Source of the DNA: an uncultured delta proteobacterium
Lineage (GTDB): Bacteria > Desulfobacterota > Binatia > UBA9968
Length of the DNA: 64,000 nucleotides
NCBI GenBank assembly: GCA_963745835.1
Contig: CAVUZH010000003.1
Coordinates: 896,001-960,000, forward strand
Direction: 5' to 3'
Shown: positions 50,331-60,638 of the stretch, piece by piece
Numbering within the stretch: the stretch's first letter is position 1
Layout: the number at the start of each line of letters is the position of its first letter
Notes under the pieces: model-generated
What the model saw: only the letters and a program-made list of their open reading frames with translations
Database searches by the model: none
Told to the model about the DNA's origin: nothing
Position numbers and translations under genes: made by a program

Positions 50331-51386
50331 TCACACCTCAAGCTTTTGCCCTGCCTGTTTTTTCTTTGCTTTCTCTAAAACCAACGCACCTAAAGCCACA
50401 TCGGCGACGCCTTGGCCGGCATTGTTCTTGTATAGACTGATCTGGTCGGCGTGGGTTCGACCGTCATCTTGGCCGGCCAGGATGGCGCCGATCTCAATCA
50501 ACTGTTCCCATTTGATGACGCCACGGTTGATCGGATCGAAGATATCGGCCTGCTCGTCCTGGATCGCCTGTTGAACTGAAACGATGCCCCGCACGTGACT
50601 GCGCGCGAGGGTGGCGTCGTCGATCTCACGCCGTTTGGCGGCGGTAAAGCCGCCCTTCACCAAACCGACATTACTGCCGACAATGGTCGTGACATGCTGG
50701 CCTGGCTCGAGCCAATTGCCGTCAAATACCGGAACGCTCGAGTTCGTTGCCGCTAATATGATGTCTACTCCGCGAACCGCCTCCTGTGGCGACGATACCG
50801 GTGTAATGTTGAGATTTGTCAGTGGCTCCATCTCTTCGGCGAATCGTTTGCGGTTCTCCGGATTGCGACTATAAACCTTCACATTTTTGAGCTTGCGGAC
50901 TTGCATGAGCGCAAGCAGGTGGTTTTTTGCCTGACCGGCCGCGCCAAAAATGCCAAGGGTTGAAGCGTCCTGGCGCGCCAACAAATCGGTCCCCACCGCG
51001 CTGGTGGCCGCCGTGCGCAGGCCGGTTACGGCAATGTTGTTGGGCAGCTCCGAACAGGTGATCTCACCGATAATGATTCCTTTGAGCTCGCCTTCGGCGG
51101 CATCGTAGAGCACGATTACCGGATGGTTGAGCCGCGGATAAACCTGCTCTTCGGCCATGGGTTTGACCCATTCGCAATGGGTCATCAGGCCAGTGGCTCC
51201 CGCTGCCGGGACGCCACCCTGATGCACGCTTACACGCACACCGGTGGGAATGTGAATCCGCCGCCGTGGCGCATTTAGCTGAGGATTCTCGCCCCACTCA
51301 CGAAAACCTGTGCGAACCGCTTCGACGGCTTCCGCCATTGTCACAATACCTCTGATTTCGTGCGGGCTGACGAGGAAGGTTTCCAT
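50331..51386 (-). CDS. Ornithine cyclodeaminase / mu-crystallin family protein
   Basis: TGLRTAATSA, GIFGAAGQA, AATNS..PVFDG.WL..G.HV, GQGVADVA. Confidence 0.88.
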   Translation of the reverse strand: METFLVSPHEIRGIVTMAEAVEAVRTGFREWGENPQLNAPRRRIHIPTGVRVSVHQGGVPAAGATGLMTHCEWVKPMAEEQVYPRLNHPVIVLYDAAEGELKGIIIGEITCSELPNNIAVTGLRTAATSAVGTDLLARQDASTLGIFGAAGQAKNHLLALMQVRKLKNVKVYSRNPENRKRFAEEMEPLTNLNITPVSSPQEAVRGVDIILAATNSSVPVFDGNWLEPGQHVTTIVGSNVGLVKGGFTAAKRREIDDATLARSHVRGIVSVQQAIQDEQADIFDPINRGVIKWEQLIEIGAILAGQDDGRTHADQISLYKNNAGQGVADVALGALVLEKAKKKQAGQKLEV

Positions 51387-51424
51387 CTATTCTCCTGTTG
51401 GGCTGCGGTTCGAATCAGAGCGCT

Positions 51425-51985
51425 TTATAATGTGCAGGCTACGGCGGGACGGGCCAGGAGTTCCTCTCCCCAACGCTGTAGGTTCGGGTAGTTATCGTCG
51501 ATAGGGACGCCGTATCTGTGGCGCCGCGCGTAAAAAGGAATGAAGGAAACATCGGCTAGCGAATAGTCGCCGACAATGAAACGCTTGCCGGCCATTTCCT
51601 TTTCGAGGGTACTGAGATGCTGCTGCAGAAGTTGCAGTGCTCTATCGGGCTCGCGATCGTGGGTGATATCGCTGGCCGCCGGGTGAACGCGACTGTTTAG
51701 GAAGTCGATCCAGATCCTCGCTTTAGCCCTTTGCAACGCATTCTTCGGAAGCAGCGTTAACTCGTTAAATTTTTCATCGAGATACTCGTTGATGATCGCG
51801 GATTCGTAAATCACCCCGGCGCCGTCGACAAGCACCGGAACTTTGGCATAAGGATTCAGCTCGAGCAAATCCTTCGGTTTGTTTTTCAAATTGACTTCCA
51901 CGAGCTCATACGAAATCTTCTTTTCAGAAAGGACAATCCTTGTCCTGTGCGCATAAGGTCAGGTATGACAGGAATACAGTTTCAC
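51425..51985 (-). CDS. Selenocysteine-containing glutathione S-transferase (TGA codon 9 at 51959-51961)
   Basis: SD AAAGGAGGT, then GTG 51985 gives MKLYSCHT-TGA-PYAHRTRIVLSEKKISYELV, in frame with ORF 51425-51901 (NPYAKVP, YES..INEYLDE). TGA sits at the Cys of the GST CPY motif. Confidence 0.85.
51930..51946 (-). promoter_or_regulatory. Bacterial SECIS-like hairpin (GST)
   Basis: mRNA AGGACAA-GGA-TTGTCCT forms a perfect 7-bp stem starting 12 nt after the UGA, with G at the start of the loop. Confidence 0.75.
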
Positions 51986-52108
51986 GGGATACCTCCTTTG
52001 TTGAGGTCCATATCAACTGGGTGCAAATCGTTCAAGTCGTTGAAGCAAAGCAAATTGCCGGATAAGCAGATGAAAGTGCTCATTGTTGCTTGGAATGTTA
52101 GAACGCGT

Positions 52109-52917
52109 TCATCGATTTGCCGATTGAAGCCGATTCTGCAAAGCGTCGCCCAACAGGTTGAGGCTCAATACCGTAAGCATGATTGCCAAACCCGGGTAGG
52201 TTGTCAGATGGGGCGCTACCAGTAGAAATTGCCTTCCTTCATTCAGCATCGAACCCCACGAAGCGGTCGGCGGTTCAACGCCTAAACCTAAAAAGCTCAG
52301 ACTTCCTTCGGCTGTTATCGCCGCTGCCAGGCCGAAGGTCGCTTGTATGAGAAGCAGCGGAAGAAGGTTGGGAATTAAATGAAAGATGATGACCCGGGCG
52401 GGGCTGCAGCCTAGGGCGCGCGCTGCCTGGACATACTCCTGTCCTCTTGAGCTCAGAATTTCCCCGCGGACCAGCCGCGCGTAACCGGTCCAGCCGATCA
52501 GGCAGAGCGCAAGGATTACATGATCAAGGCCGGGTCCCAACAGGGCAGTAAAAGCGATGGCAAGAAGAATGCCGGGAAACGCCAGCAGAATATCCACGGA
52601 GCGCATGAGCAGTTGATCGATCCAGCCGCCGAAATAACCGGAGACCGAGCCGATGAAGAGCGCCGATGGAAATTGATACTCCCACTGTACTGACGCCGAC
52701 CAGGAGAGAGATGCGGCTACCGAATATCGTTCGACTCAATATATCCCGACCCAGTTTGTCCGTTCCGAGCGGATGATCGGGAGTAAACACCCTCAGGTCA
52801 TTCCCCAGGTTTTGCCGGTTTGGATCGTATGGCGCAAGCTTTGGAGCAAACATCGCACACGCAACTATTAAGCGCCACTAACATGGCGCCAACGTAGATC
52901 CAAAAATTATGGCTCAT
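52109..52917 (-). CDS. dppC: Peptide/nickel ABC transporter permease (DppC-like); two +1 frameshifts near 52870 and 52657
   Basis: MSHNFWIY.. / FAPKLAPYDP..HPLGTDKLGRDILSR / GSVSGYFGGWID..AFPGILLA..EYVQAARALG..LSFLGLG split over three frames. Confidence 0.8.
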
Positions 52918-53830
52918 AGCTGATGCGAGGATCGATGGCGCTGTAAGTAAGGTCAGTGATAAAATTGACAACGAGATATCCGATGGCGACAACCAACACA
53001 CAACCTTGCACGAGCGGATAGTCGCGTGTCTGGATGGCTTGGACGGTGAGCCGGCCAATTCCAGGCCAAGAGAATATCGTTTCGGTAATAATCGAGCCGG
53101 CGAGAAGCGAGCCAAACTGCAGGCCCATGATGGATACGACCGGTATCAAGGCATTGCGCAGCATGTGTTTCAACCAAACTACCGGCTCGCCAAGCCCTTT
53201 GGCGCGCGCGGTTTTAATAAAATCCAAGTTGACGATACTCAACAGGCTGCTGCGCAGGATGCGCGTAAGAATGGCCGCCATCGCCATTCCCAGTGTGATC
53301 GACGGCAAAATCAGGTGTGGAAAGGCGCCACGGCCGGAGACTGGCAGCCAACCGAGTTGAATCGAAACCAGTATCATCAGCATTGGACCCAACCAGAAGT
53401 TTGGCATTGAAAGCCCCAGAAGCGAGAAAAACAGCGCCAAACGGTCAATCCAAGTGCCGGGTTTAAAAGCGGCGAGTGTCGCAAGCGGAAATGCAATGAC
53501 CATCGCGGCGATCATGGCGCAGATCGTCAGTTGGAAAGTGGCCGGCAACCGTGCGGCAATGAGTTTGCTAACTTCGGCGTTCTCGTAAAGAGAATATCCC
53601 AAATCACCACGCGACAGATCGACGAGAAATCCGGTGTAACGAGTCAGCAGAGGCTGATCGAGACCGAGCTGGCGGCGTAGTTCTTCTTTGTCGGCGGCAT
53701 TGGCAGTCTCTCCAAGCATCACTTCCACCGGATCTCCGGGAACAAGATTGATCAGGAAAAAAACCAAGGTCAACGCGCCAAATAGTGTCGGAAGCAGCAA
53801 CAGCAGTCTATTTACAAAGTGTCGCTTCAC
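52907..53830 (-). CDS. dppB: Peptide/nickel ABC transporter permease (DppB-like)
   Basis: PGDPV, LGLDQP, GDLGYS, TARAKGL, ETIFSWPGIG, DPRI. GTG 53830 overlaps the dppA stop. Confidence 0.88.
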   Translation of the reverse strand: MKRHFVNRLLLLLPTLFGALTLVFFLINLVPGDPVEVMLGETANAADKEELRRQLGLDQPLLTRYTGFLVDLSRGDLGYSLYENAEVSKLIAARLPATFQLTICAMIAAMVIAFPLATLAAFKPGTWIDRLALFFSLLGLSMPNFWLGPMLMILVSIQLGWLPVSGRGAFPHLILPSITLGMAMAAILTRILRSSLLSIVNLDFIKTARAKGLGEPVVWLKHMLRNALIPVVSIMGLQFGSLLAGSIITETIFSWPGIGRLTVQAIQTRDYPLVQGCVLVVAIGYLVVNFITDLTYSAIDPRISYEP

Positions 53831-55407
53831 TGGAGGTGCGGCGCCTGGCGGAGTGATGTGCGTCTCAACGAGAACAAATCGCCGTCCGGAGAGGGCGTAA
53901 AGCCAACAATCTCGGGCTTGCGCACGACTACGTTCTTCACCCACCACAGCGGAATATACGGTAGATCTTCATGGATTATTTGCTGCACCTGGTGGTACAG
54001 CCCTTTTCGTCGTCCTAGATCAGACTCCCGCCGGCCCTGTTCGAGCAAGTTATCAATGCTAGGACTATTATAGCCGCCGCGATTATCGCCGTTAGGAGGT
54101 AGGCTCGACGAATGGAAGATGTTGTAATAAACGTCTGGGTCAGCTATGCCGACCCAAGCGAGCGAGTAAAGATGAAAGTTGCCTTTTTTGATATCGCTGT
54201 AAAACGTTCCCCACTCATAAGAGCGCACTTCGAGCTCGACCCCGACACGGCTTAATTGCTCTTTCAACGTCTCGGCAATTCTTCTGCGCAGATCGATGTT
54301 CGTGGTCTTAAAAGATAGCTTAAAGCGCGGCCGCGGACCCTCTCCATCGGGATCCGGATATCCCGCCTGGTCCAAAAGCCGCTGGGCTTTGGCGGGATCA
54401 AAAGGCCAACGCGGAACAGAGTCGTCGTGCGCCCAGTTAAGCGGGGAAAGCAGCCCATTGGCGGCTGTCGCCTGGTCTTTGAGGATGTGCCGGATAATGC
54501 CGTCGCGATCGATGGAGTGGGCCAATGCCTGCCTGACCTCTCGGCGTTTCAGTATGGGATGTGTGAGATTTATGCCGATGTACTGAAACGTAGTTCCCGG
54601 GTTGGTCTCGACGATTGCATCGGTATTCTTTTCCAGCCATGGAAGAGTGTCGGGCTCGATATCGTTCTGCAAAAGCTGGATGGTTCCTTTTTTGAACTCT
54701 AAAACTCGAACAATGGCATCAGGCACAATTTGAAACGCCAGGCCTGCCAAGCGAGGTTTGCCCTCCCAGTAGGATGAGTTTGCTTTCAGATACACTTTCT
54801 CTCCTAAATTGATGCCTGCCAGCGCAAATGGACCGGAACCGGATGGTGCCTGGTGACTGCGATTCTCCCCCGGCGTCTCATTGTCAACTGGTACTATCCC
54901 AATCGTGCAGTGCTCAAGAAAAGGCGCGTGCGGCTCGGATAGATGAAAGCGGATCTTTTGCGTTCCTAGCTGCTCAACGGATTTTAGAACCCGCAGAGGC
55001 CCGCGTTTCGGCGAACGATTGCGACGATCCATGATCGAATCATAGGTAAACTTGACGTCGCGGGCTGTCAGGGCTCTGCCGTCGTGGAAGGTGACCCCGC
55101 TACGAATTTGGAAGTCATAGGTTTGTGCATCGATTCCCGTCCACTGTTCGGCGAGGTCTCCCACCAAGCGCGATTTCTCATCCAGGCGGAGAAGCGAACT
55201 ATAGATTAACGAGCTGATGCGAGCAGAGTTTGCGTCGGTAGCATAGCGCGGATCTAGATTCCCCGGGTTGCTCTCGATTCCAATCACCAAATAATCTAAA
55301 GGGGTTTTGGCTTCGGATCCGACCCTACAGCCGGCAAGTAAGGTGACGATGATCGTCCGTAAGCAAAAGCAACAAACTTTCGAAGCAGACAACTTGAAAA
55401 GTCTCAC
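53827..55407 (-). CDS. dppA: Peptide ABC transporter substrate-binding lipoprotein (SBP family 5)
   Basis: Lipobox LAGC, LDPRY, GDLAE.W, FHDG..LTA.DVKFT, GSGPF, VRQALAH.IDR. Confidence 0.88.
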   Translation of the reverse strand: MRLFKLSASKVCCFCLRTIIVTLLAGCRVGSEAKTPLDYLVIGIESNPGNLDPRYATDANSARISSLIYSSLLRLDEKSRLVGDLAEQWTGIDAQTYDFQIRSGVTFHDGRALTARDVKFTYDSIMDRRNRSPKRGPLRVLKSVEQLGTQKIRFHLSEPHAPFLEHCTIGIVPVDNETPGENRSHQAPSGSGPFALAGINLGEKVYLKANSSYWEGKPRLAGLAFQIVPDAIVRVLEFKKGTIQLLQNDIEPDTLPWLEKNTDAIVETNPGTTFQYIGINLTHPILKRREVRQALAHSIDRDGIIRHILKDQATAANGLLSPLNWAHDDSVPRWPFDPAKAQRLLDQAGYPDPDGEGPRPRFKLSFKTTNIDLRRRIAETLKEQLSRVGVELEVRSYEWGTFYSDIKKGNFHLYSLAWVGIADPDVYYNIFHSSSLPPNGDNRGGYNSPSIDNLLEQGRRESDLGRRKGLYHQVQQIIHEDLPYIPLWWVKNVVVRKPEIVGFTPSPDGDLFSLRRTSLRQAPHLQ

Positions 55408-55602
55408 GTCAAAATCTCGATGACCATATCGGTTTTAATGGAGCGGGTCAATTTAATAAACAATTGGCGGCAGATGAGAAATTGATAGCTGATCTCCGGC
55501 CGATAGATTGTATCCCGGCAACCCTCCCAGTCAGCGGGGCGAGGGCCTGCACTCGTCGCTGGCCAAGGAGCTCAGCCGTTCTGTTGGACTAAGTTGGCTC
55601 GC

Positions 55603-55630
55603 TTGAAGGTCGGGGAGGTTAGCTTATAAT
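55603..55630 (+). promoter_or_regulatory. Putative sigma-70 promoter of the ccsA-hem operon
   Basis: TTGAAG-N16-TATAAT. The -10 box overlaps ATG 55629, which suggests the real start is ATG 55641. Confidence 0.4.
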
Positions 55631-56459
55631 GACCGACGGTATGAGTTTGATTCTGCTTAAACTGACCGCGATACTTTACTTGATCGCGACAGTAAGTTTC
55701 ATTTTCTACGTAGTGCGCCGAGACACCGTTTCCAGGCTGCCGCCGTTAATCTTGGGCGCAGGATTCATCATTCACACGTTGGCGCTGAGCGCATATTTCA
55801 TGCGGGAAGGATTTCCGGCGCTAACCGAAATGCGTGAAGCGCTACTATTTAAGAGCTGGTTGATGGTCGCCTGCTATCTCTTGATCCAGATCAAATATCG
55901 ACTTACCGTTCTCGGCGGGATCATTGCGCCTCTGGCGTTTTTAATGTCTCTGGCCGGCATCGCCTTCGGCAGCGGCAGCGGAGAGATTCCGCCGGATCTG
56001 AAGACCTTTTGGTTACCGCTTCATGTTACGTCGGCTTTTCTCGGCAACGCGGTGTTCGCCTTGGCGTTTGGCGTCAGCTTGATCTATCTCCTTCAGGAGC
56101 GCCATCTCAAACACAAACGCATGACCGCCTTGATGAAGCGCTTTCCATCGTTGGAATCTCTCGATCGGCTTAACTATGTCTTACTCGGATGGGGCTTTCC
56201 GTTCATGACTTTAGGCATTGTTACGGGCAGCATCTGGGCGGGCATCTACTGGGGTAACTACTGGTCGTGGGAACCGCGGCAAATTTCATCAGGCATCGCT
56301 TGGTTGTTTTACGGCGCGCTTCTGCACGGGCGCGTCACCGCCGGTTTACGAGGCAAGAAGGCGGCCTTTCTCACGATAGTCGGTTTCACAGTGGTTCTCG
56401 GTTATTTTTTGTGGGGAGATGCGATTTTTCCGGGGAGGCACGGAGGTCGGTTCGAATAG
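55629..56459 (+). CDS. ccsA: Cytochrome c assembly protein (CcsA/HemX-like)
   Basis: Polytopic membrane protein, WLPLHV, PSLESLD, GSIWA..WG.YWSWEPR tryptophan-rich motif, directly upstream of hemA. Confidence 0.85.
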   Translation: MTDGMSLILLKLTAILYLIATVSFIFYVVRRDTVSRLPPLILGAGFIIHTLALSAYFMREGFPALTEMREALLFKSWLMVACYLLIQIKYRLTVLGGIIAPLAFLMSLAGIAFGSGSGEIPPDLKTFWLPLHVTSAFLGNAVFALAFGVSLIYLLQERHLKHKRMTALMKRFPSLESLDRLNYVLLGWGFPFMTLGIVTGSIWAGIYWGNYWSWEPRQISSGIAWLFYGALLHGRVTAGLRGKKAAFLTIVGFTVVLGYFLWGDAIFPGRHGGRFE

Positions 56460-56462
56460 CTC

Positions 56463-57743
56463 GTGCATACAGAAATCTTCATAGTTGGTCTCAATCACCG
56501 TAGTGCGCCGATCGAGGTAAGGGAAAGTCTCGCGTTCGAAAAATCCCAGATCACGGAAGCGCTCGCACGGCTCCGGAACCTTTCAGCGGTTCGGGAAAGC
56601 GTGATCCTTACGACCTGCAATCGGGTCGAAGTGGTTGCCGCCGCCCCTGAGACTGATCGCGCCATGCAGGCGGTCAAAGGATTTCTTGACCAACAACGAT
56701 CATCTTCAAATAACGGTAGCCTTAGCGATCATCTTTATACTTATCGAGGCGCCGACGCTGTACGGCACTTGTTTCGTGTCGCCGCAAGTCTTGACTCCAT
56801 GGTAGTTGGCGAGCCGCAGATTCTCGGTCAATTAAAAGAGTATTATAATGTGGCGCAGAAGGCTGGGACAGTCGGTGCGGTTCTCCATCGCCTGTTTCAC
56901 AGGTCTTTCTTTGTTGCGAAACGAGTGCGAACCGAGACCGGCATAGCCAGTCGCGCTGTCTCGGTGAGCTCAGTTGCGGTGGAACTCGCAGCGAGAATCT
57001 TTGATCGCTTCGAAGAGAAAACGGTCATGTTAATCGGCGCCGGCAAGATGGGCGATCTGATGGCGCGCCATCTCCAGCGCTGCGGCGTAAAGAGTATCAT
57101 GGTCACAAACCGTACCTTTGAGCGCGCAGTGGAATTGGCAGAGAAGATCCGCGGAAATCCGATTCGTTATGATGATTTCCCGCGCTATCTGCAATTGGCC
57201 GATTTGGTGATCGGATGCGCCGGAGCATCGGAAGTTCTCATCGATGTCGGCATGGTGGAAAAGGTCCTGCGGGAGCGCAAGCAGGCGGCGATGTTTTTTA
57301 TCGACATCGGCGACCGAAGAAATTTCGATCCAGACATCAATGCAATCGATAACGCTTATATCTATAATATCGATGATCTGAAGAGCGTGGCGGAAGAAAA
57401 TCTAAACGAAAGATCCAGCGAGGCCGAGAAAGCTGAGTGCATTGTGCAGGAAGAGGTCGGCAGTTTTCTTGACTGGGTCAGTTCACTCGAGCAGGTGCCG
57501 ACGATCACCGCACTGATAGAGAAGCTTGAGCTCATACGGCAGAAAGAAATCACTAAGTCTCTGAGCGGCGGTCTTAAGGATTTGTCCGAAAGGCAAAAAC
57601 AGGCAATGGAAGACATGACCGCGGCTATGATGAAAAAGATTCTGCATGCGCCGATTATGCATTTGAAGCAGAACGTGGATAGCGAATACGAGCTAATGTA
57701 TATCGCGGCACTGAAGAGGCTGTTTGACTTGGAGGACCAGTGA
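56463..57743 (+). CDS. hemA: Glutamyl-tRNA reductase
   Basis: GLNHRSAP..VRE, TCNRVE, SLDSMVVGEPQILGQ, IGAGKMG, NRT. Confidence 0.96.
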   Translation: MHTEIFIVGLNHRSAPIEVRESLAFEKSQITEALARLRNLSAVRESVILTTCNRVEVVAAAPETDRAMQAVKGFLDQQRSSSNNGSLSDHLYTYRGADAVRHLFRVAASLDSMVVGEPQILGQLKEYYNVAQKAGTVGAVLHRLFHRSFFVAKRVRTETGIASRAVSVSSVAVELAARIFDRFEEKTVMLIGAGKMGDLMARHLQRCGVKSIMVTNRTFERAVELAEKIRGNPIRYDDFPRYLQLADLVIGCAGASEVLIDVGMVEKVLRERKQAAMFFIDIGDRRNFDPDINAIDNAYIYNIDDLKSVAEENLNERSSEAEKAECIVQEEVGSFLDWVSSLEQVPTITALIEKLELIRQKEITKSLSGGLKDLSERQKQAMEDMTAAMMKKILHAPIMHLKQNVDSEYELMYIAALKRLFDLEDQ

Positions 57744-57798
57744 GGCGCCATGGATTTGTCCCGTGTACTTGCCTGCTGCCGTAGCGAAAGTTTGTTCA

Positions 57799-58716
57799 AT
57801 GACCACGTTGAAGATCGGTAGCCGTGGTAGCGCGCTGGCGCTGGCGCAAGCCGAGTGGGTAAGAAGAAAGCTCCAGGAGAGGGGTCTGAACGTTGAGATT
57901 ATCGTTATAAAAACCAGCGGCGACCGGTTTGTCGATCGTACGATTCAGTCCTTGGGGGGCAAAGGGATTTTCACCAAAGAGATTGAAGATGCGCTGCTCA
58001 GTGGAGAGATTGATCTGGCCGTTCATTCAATGAAGGACCTCCCAACCGAGCTGCCTAAGGGGTTAGCCATCGCAGCGGTTCCTGTAAGAGAGGACCCTCG
58101 CGACGTATTGGTTAGTAGACAGAACATTCCATTGAATGCTTTGCCGAAGGGCGCGCGGCTTGCGACCGGCAGCCTGCGACGTAAATCGCAGATACTAAAC
58201 TATCGCTCCGATCTAGTCATTGTTCCAATCAGGGGCAACGTCGATACGCGCTTGAAGAAGCTATTCGAACAAGAGCTGGATGCTATCGTCCTGGCGGCCG
58301 CCGGATTGAAGCGGCTCGGTAGAGAGGATCGGATAACGGAGTACTTAACGCCGGATATCTGTTTGAGCGCAGTCGCTCAAGGAGCATTGGCAATTGAGAC
58401 TCGGGACGATGAGCCGTCGCGTCAAGCGGTTGCTTTCCTGCATAACGATCCCAGTTTTATAGAAGTGACGGCAGAGCGATCCTTCTTACGGAAGCTCGGC
58501 GGTGGTTGTCACCTACCGGTGGCGGCGCGCGCCTTCATCGACGGTGAGCTTCTCAATCTCACGGGTATGGTCGCCGAACCCGACGGCGGCCGTCTCTGTC
58601 GCGATCGGATTGCCGGTCCGAAAGGACAAGCGGCCGCGCTCGGGACTGAGTTAGCCGAGCGCCTGATAAGGGCTGGAGCAGGGGAGATGCTTGCTAGAGA
58701 AATGAGGAGCGCCTAG
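57799..58716 (+). CDS. hemC: Hydroxymethylbilane synthase
   Basis: GSRGSALALAQ, GGKGIFTKE, AVHSMKD, RGNVDTRL, LGGGC. Confidence 0.96.
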   Translation: MTTLKIGSRGSALALAQAEWVRRKLQERGLNVEIIVIKTSGDRFVDRTIQSLGGKGIFTKEIEDALLSGEIDLAVHSMKDLPTELPKGLAIAAVPVREDPRDVLVSRQNIPLNALPKGARLATGSLRRKSQILNYRSDLVIVPIRGNVDTRLKKLFEQELDAIVLAAAGLKRLGREDRITEYLTPDICLSAVAQGALAIETRDDEPSRQAVAFLHNDPSFIEVTAERSFLRKLGGGCHLPVAARAFIDGELLNLTGMVAEPDGGRLCRDRIAGPKGQAAALGTELAERLIRAGAGEMLAREMRSA

Positions 58717-58728
58717 CGCGAGCGGAAT

Positions 58729-59571
58729 ATGGACACCGAAGTATTCTCAAGCCAGCAAGCTGTTAGCTCAGTAATGTCTGGAAAGCGAATTGTCGTCACT
58801 CGACCTCGCACCCAAGCGGGTGAACTGGCGCGTCGCCTATCTGAATTAGGAGCGGAGGTCATTGATTTCCCAACTATCTCAATCGAGCCGCCAATGGACT
58901 ATGCGCCGATGGACCGCGCTATCGAGCAGCTCAAGCGATACGACTGGTTGTTCTTCACAAGCGTCAACGGTGTACAGTCGTTCTTCGACCGGCTGCGGCA
59001 CTTGGGGAAGAACTCTCAAGGCATCAAGCATCTGAAGGTGGTTGCTATCGGACCAGAAACGGCAGGGCGTCTGGAAGCTGAAGGCATCCCCGTCTATCTG
59101 GTACCTGCGAAATACCAGTCTGAAGGAATCCTTAAAGAATTGGACCCAGCCGAGATTCGCGGTCGTCGAATCCTGCTGCCACGCGCCGCCAAGGCGCGAG
59201 AAATATTGCCGGAAACTCTGCGTCAGTGGGGCGCCTCCGTCGATGTAGTCCAGGCCTATCAAACCGTGCTGCCGCAGGCATGCCAATTCGGTTTGCACGA
59301 GCTATTTCAGAAGCAAATTGACGTGATTACTTTTACGAGCTCAAGCACGGTTGAAAATTTTTTCAAACTGTTAAAGGGGGAGGATCCTAGCCGAATATTG
59401 CAGGAAGTAGTCGTAGCCTGCATCGGCCCCATCACAGCCCGGACCGCAATCGACCGCGGTTTGCAGGTGGGTATCGTTTCCTCCGAATTTACGATTTCCG
59501 GTTTGATCGCTGCGATCGTCAAATTTTACGAATCTCCTGGGACGCGAGTTCCGACACGCAGCCGATCGTAA
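58729..59571 (+). CDS. hemD: Uroporphyrinogen-III synthase
   Basis: [34 protein letters not shown]. Confidence 0.93.
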   Translation: MDTEVFSSQQAVSSVMSGKRIVVTRPRTQAGELARRLSELGAEVIDFPTISIEPPMDYAPMDRAIEQLKRYDWLFFTSVNGVQSFFDRLRHLGKNSQGIKHLKVVAIGPETAGRLEAEGIPVYLVPAKYQSEGILKELDPAEIRGRRILLPRAAKAREILPETLRQWGASVDVVQAYQTVLPQACQFGLHELFQKQIDVITFTSSSTVENFFKLLKGEDPSRILQEVVVACIGPITARTAIDRGLQVGIVSSEFTISGLIAAIVKFYESPGTRVPTRSRS

Positions 59572-59587
59572 GGAGCTCGAGCAGAGC

Positions 59588-60559
59588 ATGCCGTTCCCCG
59601 ACTATCGATCCAGACGGTTACGTAAGAATGAAAAGTTGCGGCAGTTGGTCCGAGAGACCACCCTCAGCGCAGGTAACCTAATCTACCCTTTGTTTGTTGT
59701 ACCGGGAACTAACGTCATCCGCCCGGTTTCGTCAATGCCTGGCATTGCCCAGCTGTCCGTGGACCGGGCGATTCTCGAATGCCGCGAGGCGGCCGCTCTC
59801 GGAATCCCAGCGGTCATCCTATTTGGCATCCCTGAGACCAAGGACGCGCTCGGCTCGGAAGCCTCTATTAGTGATGGCGTGGTGCAGCAAGCGGTGCGAG
59901 CGATCAAGGACAATGTCCCTGATCTACTGGTTGTTACAGACGTTTGCCTCTGTGAATACACCGACCACGGCCATTGCGGCTTGATCAAAAACGGCGCTAT
60001 AGATAACGACAGCACCTTGGAACTTCTTGCTCAAGAAGCGCTTTCTCATGCCCAGGCCGGCGCGGACATCGTCGCGCCGTCGGATATGATGGACGGAAGG
60101 GTGGGCGCAATCCGCCGGGTTCTGGATAGCAAAGGCTTCGATCAAGTTGTGATAATGGCTTACGCTGCCAAGTATGCTTCAGGCTTCTACGGTCCATTTC
60201 GCGAAGCGGCGGAATCGACCCCGCAGTTTGGCGATCGCCGCTCCTACCAAATGGATCCTGCCAATACCGATGAAGCGTTGCGGGAAGTCGAACTCGACAT
60301 TCAGGAGGGAGCTGACATTGTCATGGTCAAGCCCGCGCTGGCCTACCTCGATGTTATTTACCGGGTGAAAGAGCAGTTTGGTTATCCGGTTGCTGCCTAC
60401 AACGTCAGTGGCGAATATTCGATGATCAAAGCGGCGGGCATCAATGGTTGGATCGATGAAGAAAGAATTATGTTGGAGGTTCTTTTATCGATCAGACGCG
60501 CGGGTGCAGATATGATCTTGACCTATTTCGCTAAGCAGTTAGCGCGCGCCTTGGCTTAG
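59588..60559 (+). CDS. hemB: Porphobilinogen synthase (ALA dehydratase)
   Basis: [39 protein letters not shown]. Confidence 0.97.
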   Translation: MPFPDYRSRRLRKNEKLRQLVRETTLSAGNLIYPLFVVPGTNVIRPVSSMPGIAQLSVDRAILECREAAALGIPAVILFGIPETKDALGSEASISDGVVQQAVRAIKDNVPDLLVVTDVCLCEYTDHGHCGLIKNGAIDNDSTLELLAQEALSHAQAGADIVAPSDMMDGRVGAIRRVLDSKGFDQVVIMAYAAKYASGFYGPFREAAESTPQFGDRRSYQMDPANTDEALREVELDIQEGADIVMVKPALAYLDVIYRVKEQFGYPVAAYNVSGEYSMIKAAGINGWIDEERIMLEVLLSIRRAGADMILTYFAKQLARALA

Positions 60560-60638
60560 ATAATTTGCCAAGCAGTCGTTCGCGAGTGTCAGTAAGAAAG
60601 CCACCCTCTTCTGTGCGGAAGGCGTCCAGGCCGTCATC

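Noticed and set aside
51425-51985. GST as a nonsense pseudogene or N-terminally truncated protein
   Set aside because: The TGA falls on the catalytic Cys position, is followed by a perfect hairpin, and the gene has a strong SD and no other lesion.
55420-55620. Riboswitch or ncRNA in the dppA-ccsA intergenic region
   Set aside because: GC-rich, but I recognise no known aptamer consensus. An Rfam/Infernal search would be needed.
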